The translations under genes were made by a program, and so were the position numbers. A DNA stretch of 41,087 bases, taken from the NCBI GenBank assembly GCA_001275005.1, contig JWZX01002711.1:1-41087 (forward strand), written 5' to 3'. The notes beneath the pieces were generated by a model. It searched no databases. It had not been told where the DNA came from and saw only the letters and a program-made list of their open reading frames with translations. Source of the stretch: Chrysochromulina tobinii (taxonomy: Eukaryota). Shown in pieces: positions 32,299 through 41,087 of the stretch (the stretch's first letter is position 1; every line of letters starts with the position of its first letter).

Positions 32299-33594
32299 TT
32301 AATGTATGAAGACCGCTCCGTCAGTTGCGATTCGCGATCCCGCTTGCTGCACCACTTTGGGGGGGCGCTGGCCCGCGCGCGGCAGGTAGGACTCGCTGTG
32401 CCCAGGCCACTGGAAGCGCACTGGCTGGGTAAGCGGCACGAACTCGCTCACTTCCTTAAGACTCGGCTGCGCTGCCGTGGGATTGCCCGCCGCGGCAGCC
32501 GCCTTCGCCACCGCCAGCGCGTTGTCATCGACGGTGCTGATCTTCGTGCTCGGCCGCGGCCGGAAAAAGGGAGAGCGTTGGAGCACGAGCGTGGGTCCGG
32601 GCGCATGCGCCGCGTGCGCCGCGTGCGCCGCCGCCTCGCCCTCGCCGCCGAGCGCCCGGCGGCTGGCGTCATCCATGGCCTCCCTGATGACCGCTCCAAC
32701 AGCATGCGTCACCATGAGTGCCGGGATGCCCACTCGACGTACAGTCTCTTTCTTGGGCATACCCATAGTGAACGGCGCGGCAACCCCGAGGTCGCCAACC
32801 ACGATGACCGCCACGGCACCTGCCGCCTCGGCCCGGCGCGCCTTATCAATGAAGTCAACGTCCGGGCAGCGCATGATCAGCACGATCGCGCCCGCCGCCT
32901 CCGCCGCGTTGCGCAGTGATGGGTCGGATGCCGTCGGCGGGTCCGCCCACACGGGTCGCGCCCGCAAGGGCGCCTGCTGCAGCGGCAGCGCGGCCGAAAA
33001 GGACGCCGCGGCGCACTCCAGAGGGCGCGCGGGCGCTCCTTCGATCTCGAGTGCGAGCGTTGCCGTCTCGGTGGCCAGCACGTCCACGGCGTCAAAGTGC
33101 AGGTGAGGGCCGCCCGAGAAGCCGGTGTTGCCGGAAAGCCCTATCTGCATGCCCCTGTGCACGCGCTCGCCCACGTTGACGCACACACCTTTGTGGCACA
33201 GGTGGTAGTAGCGCGTGTACATGCCGCAATCATGTCGCAGCGCGACGTAGTTGGCCTTGATGCGCATCTCCTTTGTACCCCGGTCGCCCGCACGGTGGCA
33301 GTCGACCGTGGCGACCACGATGCCGTCGGCCGCGGCAAGAATGGGCGTACCGACCGGAAGGCTGAAATCGAAGGCGTACCGCAGCTCGTCGATGTGCGTG
33401 TCGCCGCCATCGTTGCCTTGGACGCACGTCCCATCAAAATTGAGCATCCAAGATCGAGGCCAGATCGAACAGCACTTGGCCTTTCGGCTGTAGAGATCAA
33501 AGGGCAGCGTCCAGACAGTGAGAGTCTGCGGCGCGCCGGCGTCGTCCGCCGGCGGCTCATCGTTGGGCGCTCGCATGAGTCTCGCATGGGGCAT
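32299..33594 (-). CDS. M23 (lysostaphin-type) metallopeptidase with PA domain
   Basis: THIDELRYAFDF, GTPILAAADG, YYHL and IGLSGNTGFSGGPHLHF (Zn ligands), then the PA motif GAIVLIMR..DFIDKARRAEAAGAVAVIV. Intronless. Confidence 0.85.
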   Translation of the reverse strand: MPHARLMRAPNDEPPADDAGAPQTLTVWTLPFDLYSRKAKCCSIWPRSWMLNFDGTCVQGNDGGDTHIDELRYAFDFSLPVGTPILAAADGIVVATVDCHRAGDRGTKEMRIKANYVALRHDCGMYTRYYHLCHKGVCVNVGERVHRGMQIGLSGNTGFSGGPHLHFDAVDVLATETATLALEIEGAPARPLECAAASFSAALPLQQAPLRARPVWADPPTASDPSLRNAAEAAGAIVLIMRCPDVDFIDKARRAEAAGAVAVIVVGDLGVAAPFTMGMPKKETVRRVGIPALMVTHAVGAVIREAMDDASRRALGGEGEAAAHAAHAAHAPGPTLVLQRSPFFRPRPSTKISTVDDNALAVAKAAAAAGNPTAAQPSLKEVSEFVPLTQPVRFQWPGHSESYLPRAGQRPPKVVQQAGSRIATDGAVFIH

Positions 33595-33664
33595 TTTTTT
33601 ACGTGTCAAAGTCTCGTTAAAAAAGTTGGCTCCAAAACACGTGCACTAAACAACCTACCGGTAC

Positions 33665-35346
33665 ATGTGGAACTTCGGACTTGGTTATGAACGATTCGCC
33701 GTCGGACCCCCCTCGAGAAATGTGTACGTCCCCGCGGAGCAACAGGCGGAGTCTCCTGGCCGCACAGACTCGGCACAGCCCCACACAGGAATGGGGTTCC
33801 CAGACATGAGCATAGACATAGAAATGAACAACAGCATGCAGATGTTCCTCGTCGGCGTGAGCATGGCGATCGTGGGCAACACACTCATCGCTTGTTCACT
33901 CACGCTCCAAAAGTGGTGCCACATGCGTGAGGCTTCTGGAGGCCTGAAGGCCTCGTCGACGCCGCTCTTTTGGTTGGCACTCGCTGGCTTGATCGGCGGC
34001 GAGGTGGGCAACTTTGCTGCATTTGGCTTCGCCTCTCAAACGGTGGTCTCGCCCCTCGGCGCAGTCTCGGTGATCGTTAATACCGTCCTAGCAGCCATCT
34101 TCTTGGGCGAACCCATCTACCGCCTCAAGCTGCTCGGGATCGCGCTGGTCCTCGTCGGCTCGGTGTGCGTCGTGCTCTTCTCGCCTCCGGCGCTTGGGGC
34201 CCTCACGACAAACGACTTTGTCGAGCTGCTCAGCAGCCCCTATGCGTACGGCTACTTGATTTTCGTGGCCGTGGCCATCGGCGCGCTCGCGGCCGTGCAG
34301 CCGCGCTGCGGCCACCGCTACGTGCTGGTTAATGTGATGCTTTGCTCGCTGCTAGGCTCGGTCACCGTCATCTGCTCGACGGCGCTATCCAAGTTCATTC
34401 GGAACGCGATCGACGATCTCGACGGCTCGTACAATGCCAGTGAGGCCGGCTCGGGCAGCGAGGACCTCGAAAGCACCGCCGCGTCACCGGTGCCGTACCT
34501 GCTCGTGCCTACGCTCGTCACGACGGCGGTACTGCAGCTGCGCTTCCTAAATAAGGCCATGGAGAGCTTCCACAGCGCCATCGTCGTGCCCACCTACTAC
34601 GTCACCTTCACGCTCTGGTGAGTGCGCCAGATTGCGCCAGATTCCGCCAGATCACGCCGGATTCCGCCTCGGATTGCCGCTGAGTGCCTCTCACGCCCAT
34701 CTGCTGCGCCACCTCCGCGCCCAGCTCGATCACCGGCGGTATATGGGTCTTCGATGAGAACTGGCGACAATATGGGGGCGTGCCCATCCCGGCAGCAGAG
34801 TTCAACTTTTGCATCGGCTGCGCGCTGTGCTTCTTGGGAGTGTACCTGATCGCCATGCGTCCAGCCGATCGTGACGCCTCCGAGCGTGCCGCCGCCGAGC
34901 GCGCCGCCGACATCCCGGGCCCAGCCGAAGGCAGATCCACGGACATGGAGAACTTGTACAGGCGGAGGACCGCCGACGTAATCGCGGGACCTCAACCTCA
35001 ACTGGTGAGCGTGGCGGCGGCGCTTCCGGACGACGGCGAGGCGGCTAACCTGGGCGGCGCAGGGAGTCGCTCCTCGCGCGCGTCGTGGATGGGCGCCGAG
35101 TTGGGCGCAGTGGACCAGCAGACGCAGCTGCCGCTCGCACTCCTGGATCGACTTCTGTCGCAGCCTACCGATCTGCGCGGGAGCATTAGCGTCGTCACCG
35201 GCGTGGGCACACTCCAGCACCTGCACAGCGCCTTCAAGAGCTGGCGATCGGAGTCCTCCGCTGCGCAGGCGGTCAGACGGTCGACGTCGGCTTCGATGCT
35301 CTATGAAAGCAGCTTGCTATCTCCCGAGCAGCGACGGAGTATATAG
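33665..35346 (+). CDS. NIPA-family magnesium transporter (DMT superfamily), 2 exons
   Basis: GEVGNFAAFGFASQTVVSPLGAVSV and LNKAMESFHSAIVVPTYYVTFT; GT-AG intron 34618-34724; start codon uncertain. Confidence 0.9.
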
Positions 35347-35682
35347 CGAACCTACGATACAAACGCGCGCGGAAGGTAAGGTAGCCCGGAACCGCGGGCG
35401 CGCGACGAGGAGACAGTGCGGAGGGGTGTGGCTGGCGTTGGTGGGTGAACTTGCTAAAATGTTAGTCATTGCAAGCTGTAATGCTGTATACGATACCACC
35501 GACACAAAAGTGCGGGTGGGAGGAGCACTCAGACTCTCTCTCTCTGGCTGAGTGCGCGGACCTCGCGTGGACCAACGCAGCCCCCGACACCTCCCACGCC
35601 AGCAGCACCGCCCGCGGAGGCACGCCGCACGGCACATCACAAAATGTATGCGATGTGTGCCAACGTCCGCACCGCGCTGACA

Positions 35683-38001
35683 CTACGCAAAGCGCTTGCT
35701 GTGGCTGACGTTCTTCTTGATGCCCGTCGCCTCGCCACCGTACGGCCCGTCGGACTGCGTCTGCACAGCACGCACCTGGCCATTTCGCCGGATGACCGCC
35801 TTTCGGAACTTTTCGCGGTTCTTGACGCGCACGTTGCCGTCAATCTTCTTGCGCTGGCGTGTCAGGCCACGGTTCTTTTCAATGTCGCGACCCACCTTTC
35901 GCGCCTCATCGGGCGCTGCCTCAGCAAGCTCCGTTGACGCAAAGGCCGCGGCCGCCTCTGCCGCCTCTGCCACCCTGCGCACCGCCTTGGCCGCCTTCTT
36001 GTTCTGACTCTGCTCGGCCACCTCCTTGTAGTAGGGATCCACTGCGGGAAGCTCATCCAGGCTGCTGCGCCTGCGCTTGCGCCCGGCCGCGCCGCTGTTG
36101 TCGTAGCCGTCCTCGTCGGCGCCCTCGTCCTCGTCCTGGAGTGCGGCCTTGGCGGCACGCTTCGCCTCCTTCTCGGCGCGCTTCTCGGAGCGACCCTCGA
36201 GTGTGCGGCTGGGCGCGTCCTCCTCGGCGGAGCGGCCCGGCTTGCGCGCGTTTTGGCCGCCGCGCTGCTCGAGCGAGTTCATGTACTGCTTGAGCGCGCG
36301 CACCCTCTCGGCGCGGGGATCGACCGCCTGCGTCGTCGCCACCTCGTACAGGTGTGAAAAGTCATCGAAGGCGGCCAGCTCATCGACGGCGACGCCCGTG
36401 GCGGCCGCTTGGCGCCGCTTGAGCGCGATCTTCTCGGCCTTGGTCGGGTTGAGCCGGCGGAAGTTGGATTCCTCGTACGCGCGCCGCTCCTCCTCATCCT
36501 TTCGGAAGCGCGCGACGGCGGAGGAGTCCGCATCGATCGCTCGACCGAAGTCGTCGGCGTGCACGGGCTGAGGAGCCTCGGAGAGCTCCGCGCGCAGCTC
36601 CCGCACCATACGCGAGGCCGATGCGCGCTCGACGGCGCGCTCCTGCTGCCGCCGCCGCTTGGCGCCGCCGGGCTCGTCGTCGTAGTGCACCGCCGCGAGC
36701 TTGGGTGGCCGGTAAAGCCCATCGTCCGGCTCAGCGTCCTCGTCGTCCTCGTCGCCTTTGGCCGCTGCTGCGCGCGCGCCACCACCCTTGGCGAGCAGTG
36801 CCTCGGGATTAGGCCGCTCGCTCAGGTCTTGCTGCGCGTCGGTGAGGCCGCGCGCGTCGCCGGGCGCGTCCGCCGCCGCCGCGAGCTGCAACAGTTTCGT
36901 CAAACGGTAGTGCAGCTTGGTCTCCAGAGGGCGCATGCGCTCGAGCAGCAGGCGGTGCCGCAGCAGCGCGTCGATGACCGGGTGCGTGCGCACGGCGCGC
37001 CCCTGCGACTTGAGCATCAGGTAGAAGGCAAGGTTGATGCAGTACGAGAGCAGCAGCTGCAGCTTCAGCTCGAGGAGCCGTACGCCTCCGTCATTGGTGA
37101 GCTGCCGCTTGCGCGCGACCTCAAGCACCGGCTCGAGTCGTTCCTTGGCTTCCTTGAGGCTCTCCTGGAACTCGGCGAGGAGCGCCTGCAGCTCAGGCGC
37201 ATCGGCTTCGACGATGCGCAGCCGCTCTGCTTCGCTCAACCCACTCCCATCTCGCGCCACCGTCTCCATCTGCGCGCCGCCGCCCGCGCGCGCCTGCGCA
37301 CGCAGCGCCGGCGGCATCTCGGCAAGCTCTTGCTCGAGGCTCTGCTGCTCGCGCGCGCTGTGGGTACGCTTGGAAGGCGCGGCGGCGGCCTTCGCGGGCA
37401 GCAGCTCGTCAAAGTCCTCGGCGCGCAGCCGCGCCGCGTGCGCCTGCTGCAGCTTGAGGGCTTCGGCCTCCTCGAGCTTGTCAGCGCGCTCGCGCTCGTC
37501 AAGCTCGAGCTCGTCCTCGTCGTCCTCGTCATCGTCGTGACCGCCGTAGAGGTCGCGCTTTCTACTCCCCCAGCCGAGTGCAGTCACGCCCGTACCACCC
37601 TCCTCGGCCTCCGAATCCTCACCGTCCTCCTCCTCGTCCTCCTCGTCCTCCTCCTCGTCCTCCTCGTCCTCGTCGTCCTCGTCGTCCTCGTCGTCCTCGT
37701 CGTCCTCGTCTTCGTCGTCCTCCTCCTCGTCATCGTCCTCATCGTCATGCATGCTGGCTCTCGCCGTGAGCGGCATCACATCCTCTTCCTCTTCTTCGTC
37801 ACCTGAGCCCTCAGCCTCGAGGAGTCCAAGAGCACGATCGCTGTCCCTATCGCGCCGGTGCACGAACGCATCGAGACCATCATCATCGTCGTCGTAGTCG
37901 TCTGCAGGCGGAGGTGCGGAGCGGGCAGGGCGTGCCACCACGGCCTTGGGCGCGCGGCTCTTGGCTTTGGGGCGCTTTACGGTGGGGCCGGTCTTCGGCA
38001 T
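35683..38001 (-). CDS. UTP3: Sas10/Utp3 SSU processome component
   Basis: Acidic N-terminus, LLSYCINLAFYLMLK..HPVI (Sas10/Utp3/C1D domain) and C-terminal IEKNRGLTRQRKK..NVRVKNREKF..YGGEATGIK. Confidence 0.93.
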   Translation of the reverse strand: MPKTGPTVKRPKAKSRAPKAVVARPARSAPPPADDYDDDDDGLDAFVHRRDRDSDRALGLLEAEGSGDEEEEEDVMPLTARASMHDDEDDDEEEDDEDEDDEDDEDDEDDEDEEDEEEDEEDEEEDGEDSEAEEGGTGVTALGWGSRKRDLYGGHDDDEDDEDELELDERERADKLEEAEALKLQQAHAARLRAEDFDELLPAKAAAAPSKRTHSAREQQSLEQELAEMPPALRAQARAGGGAQMETVARDGSGLSEAERLRIVEADAPELQALLAEFQESLKEAKERLEPVLEVARKRQLTNDGGVRLLELKLQLLLSYCINLAFYLMLKSQGRAVRTHPVIDALLRHRLLLERMRPLETKLHYRLTKLLQLAAAADAPGDARGLTDAQQDLSERPNPEALLAKGGGARAAAAKGDEDDEDAEPDDGLYRPPKLAAVHYDDEPGGAKRRRQQERAVERASASRMVRELRAELSEAPQPVHADDFGRAIDADSSAVARFRKDEEERRAYEESNFRRLNPTKAEKIALKRRQAAATGVAVDELAAFDDFSHLYEVATTQAVDPRAERVRALKQYMNSLEQRGGQNARKPGRSAEEDAPSRTLEGRSEKRAEKEAKRAAKAALQDEDEGADEDGYDNSGAAGRKRRRSSLDELPAVDPYYKEVAEQSQNKKAAKAVRRVAEAAEAAAAFASTELAEAAPDEARKVGRDIEKNRGLTRQRKKIDGNVRVKNREKFRKAVIRRNGQVRAVQTQSDGPYGGEATGIKKNVSHSKRFA

Positions 38002-38286
38002 ATCGTGTGCCTCGTCGCCGCTGACCACCACACGCACAAAATTTCGCAAAGACTTTTCTCCGAAAACGGAGCTATTCCTCTTCCCAGCGTGAGCACACGT
38101 CACGGCGACTTGAGCACTCAGTAATTCACAGAGGCGAAGTTCCGTGACGTGTGAAAACTTGGCCGACACAGCGGGAGCGCATCGGGTATCGGTGGTCCTC
38201 ATTTTGTCGGTGGTCGCCCTGCGCCGCTCAATCGGTCAGCTCAATTGGCTAAAAAGCCGACCGACACGCGAGTATCGGTCGCGCGC

Positions 38287-41087
38287 ATGGCAGCCGAGCT
38301 GACGGCGTTCACATTCGACCAGACGCACGAGAAAATCGGCTTGCGTTTGACGTGCAAGGAGGGGGAGCTACCACGGATTCACAAGGTCATTCCTGAATCG
38401 CATGCTGCCAAGATGGGTGTCGTCGATGGCAGCTTCGTCGTCAAGATTAAGTACAAGACGAAGGACAAGAAGATCGTCGAGGTGGATATGGTAGGTCTCC
38501 CGAGTGACATGATGGAGCAGAAGATTGTGGCGGGGATGCAGGAGCGGCCTATCACCTTCTACTTACGGAAGCCCGCGGCAGCGTCCGCGTCGAACCCGGC
38601 TAAGGGCGGCGCTCCCGTCGAGCGCAAGGACTCGGGCGTCTCGATGTCGGATCTCAATCGGAAGCTCATCGAGCTCGAGGAGCGGCTGAAGTCCGAGGCG
38701 ACGGCCAGAGCCGCCACCGAGCTCGAGAACTCTGCCATCAAGCGGGACCTCGAGCAGGCGCGCAGCCGGCCGACGACGCCGAGGGCCGACGTCGAGGAGG
38801 GCATGGCTGCGCGACTGCTCCCGGCCTCGCATCCCAGCAGCTCCGCCGTCGAGCGCCCCACCCCCGTCAGCTTGAGGCAGGGCTCTGGCTCTCCCGAGTC
38901 GATGATCGCGGGTGCCTTCCGCGGCGCGTTCGATCCAGATTACGTGCCGGGTCTCAACTGGATCAAGGTGCGCGCTCAGATCAGATTACGCCTCCGAGAA
39001 CGCCTCTGGCTACCTGCCCTTGTTGATCGAGAGCGCCGCAGATGGCCCCTCTGAAGCCCGAAATGGCTTGTCCACCAAATCATGCAAAACGCATGCGCTT
39101 CTGACCCCTTCGATTGCCATCGATGGCGTCTTTGACCCAATTGATCGCCTCCCCGCTCGATACCCCGCTCGACTCCAGATGGGACCCGGCCGCCCCGAGC
39201 ACGTGCTGCTCAAGCTCAAGAAGCTCAACGGCGGCTCCGAACTCTTCGAGCCGCAGCAGCTCTTCAACCCGAGGCTCGCCTTCAACCTCAAGTATCGCGA
39301 CGCCTTCGCTGAAGAGGACCTGCGCGACATCTTCGCGGACGACAACTCGTTCAGCGCGTCGATGCTGCGCCCAGGCCACTTCATTGAGGTGCCCGTGCGC
39401 ATCGGGCTTACCTGGATCAGTCTGCCCGAACCGCCGCTCAGCGGCACAGAGCTCAAACCGCTCCCGGTGACAGCTTCGCCAGGGCGTGGCACACCCAACC
39501 ACGCCAAGCTCCAAGACATGCTCGAGCGGAAGCAGCAGCAACAGCATCAGCGCGAGAACGTGCAGACCATCGAGTTCTCGAGGACGGCTGACTGGGTGCA
39601 GGCCATCAAAGAGCGCAACCCCTCGCGCCCCGAGAGGGCGTCCAAGCGCGACACGCTGTTCGTCAAGGTCACCGAGCGCGAGGCGCCTCTTTTCTTCATC
39701 CTAGCACCCAATCCTGCACTGCCCGCGCCCGCGCGCCTGCCTGCGCCGGCGGGCGGCTCCACCGTGGGCGCAGAGCCATCGCCGCTCGACGGCCTGTTTT
39801 GGATGGCGGCCCACGCGCCGCTGCGATGCCGTTGGAAGGAGGTGGACGGCGCCAAGCTGGGGTGCTTGGGTGGAAGCTCTGTTGCGGATCATGCGCACGC
39901 GCAGCCCGTCGCCAGCCCACGCCTCGCCTCGTATCTGCGCGAGCACTACGCGCCGGGCAAGGTGTACGAGTTCTTGCCGCACGCTGACGACAAGTCGCCG
40001 CTGCCTTGCTTTGACGAATTCCATGCGAGCCCCACCATCGAGTTCAAAGGGAAACCGAACGATAAGCAGTACTACATCCCGGTCGAGGGCACCTCCAAGG
40101 GGGTCACGTACTTTGCAGGCACCAAGTACTTTGCGCCCGTGGCTCTCGACGACCCCGAGCACGGCGTCCTGTGGAAGGACGGCACCCTCCGGCTCTGGCC
40201 AGTCGGTAAGCCGTGGCAGGACGGCGAACTCGTCGAGAGGCGCGGCGTCGAGCTGAGGGACCTGTCCCAGGCTCTGCAGCTCAAACTCGACTGCGACTTG
40301 CACGACGGCCATCGGGGCCTCCAGTTTACAGCTGACGAGATGAAGGTCATCTTTTTGAGCTGCCTGGACGGCCCCAGCCTCAAGAACAATTGCTACTACG
40401 TCAAGCTGGGCGAGACCGCGCTCGGCACGGCGCGATACTTCCAGTTGCATTCGATGAGCGCAGGGCACACCACATGGCTCTCCCTCGGCAGCTCCGAGCC
40501 GCACCTGGATCAGCACCTGGATCAGCACTCCGCCAAGGGCGCCGGCAAGGCCGCGGCGGCGCTCGAGATTATGAACCCGGAGTTCGCCAAACTCGTCAGC
40601 GCTCGCGTGCAAAGCAAGAGCTACCCGAAGGTGGACTTCTCGCAGTCCGAGTTCGACGCGTTTGGCATGACGCGCCTTCCACACGACAGTTTCATTGTCT
40701 CGGAGGGCTCCTACTGGAGGCCCGCTGATATCGCCGTCAAGTACTTTCGGCCAGCTGGCGAGGACGAGATGCACCTGGTCGATCCCTTCTTCAAAGAGTA
40801 CGCTGATGCGACTGATGGTCGATGGTCAGTTGCCTTTGATTGCCTTTGATTGCCTTTGATTGCCTCCCCTCGCCCTCCTCATCAGGTACCTGGTCAACCG
40901 CTTGAAGGACGGTCTCAGGAAGCGCATCTCGCGCAGGGCGGGCAGCTCGCAGCAGCGCGCATGCTTCTTCTTTGGAATTCTCATGCTGACGGTGAGCGCG
41001 TACACTACATACTACACCTTCGAGCCGCTCATCGCCCCACCGCCGCCGCCCGGATTACCGCCCTCCCCGCCCTACCCGCCCTTTCCG
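38287..41087 (+). CDS. Large multi-exon protein (PDZ-like domain, coiled coil, degenerate internal repeats), runs off the window
   Basis: Exons 38287-38967, 39179-40797 and 40886-40991, then an intron from 40992. KIGLRL..IHKVIPESHAAKMGV resembles PDZ; a hydrophobic stretch starts in the last exon. Confidence 0.7.
40829..40866 (+). repeat. Intronic (TTGCCTTTGA)n tandem repeat
   Basis: Three to four units in intron 40798-40885. Confidence 0.85.

Noticed and set aside
37622..37748. (TCC/TCG)n trinucleotide tract
   Set aside because: Encodes the normal Asp/Glu-rich region of Sas10/Utp3.
36409..37806. Long antisense ORFs (465 aa here; similar ones opposite CFAP57, LHC, NHL and the last gene)
   Set aside because: Shadow frames produced by high GC3 codon bias opposite well-supported genes; no motifs.

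Overview
Eukaryotic, GC-rich, gene-dense nuclear DNA, most likely from a haptophyte alga (Chrysochromulina-like). This assignment is inferred from a fucoxanthin-chlorophyll a/c LHC gene, a ciliary gene, short GT-AG introns and a selenoprotein gene. About 18 protein genes are supported: an FCP1/NIF-type phosphatase, a monothiol glutaredoxin, a TMA7-like microgene, CFAP57, a selenoprotein U (in-frame UGA, UxxC, candidate SECIS), an EF-hand-like hypothetical, mitochondrial EF-G2, an MFS transporter, an LHC, a methyltransferase-like protein, an NHL-repeat protein, a membrane-anchored DUF2252 protein, a CFAP97-like protein, a TM-HET-LRR protein, an M23 peptidase with a PA domain, a NIPA transporter, Sas10/Utp3 and a truncated PDZ-like/repeat protein. 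The most unusual signals are: (1) introns whose 5' end resembles a decayed copy of the following exon and whose 3' end is a shared TGATTGCC repeat plus CTCRTCAG, a candidate intron-generating mechanism; (2) a ~630-bp foldback attached to a ~113-bp dispersed repeat; (3) UGA recoding in SelU; (4) bacterial-type domains in new architectures. All family calls come from motif recognition by eye; no searches were run.
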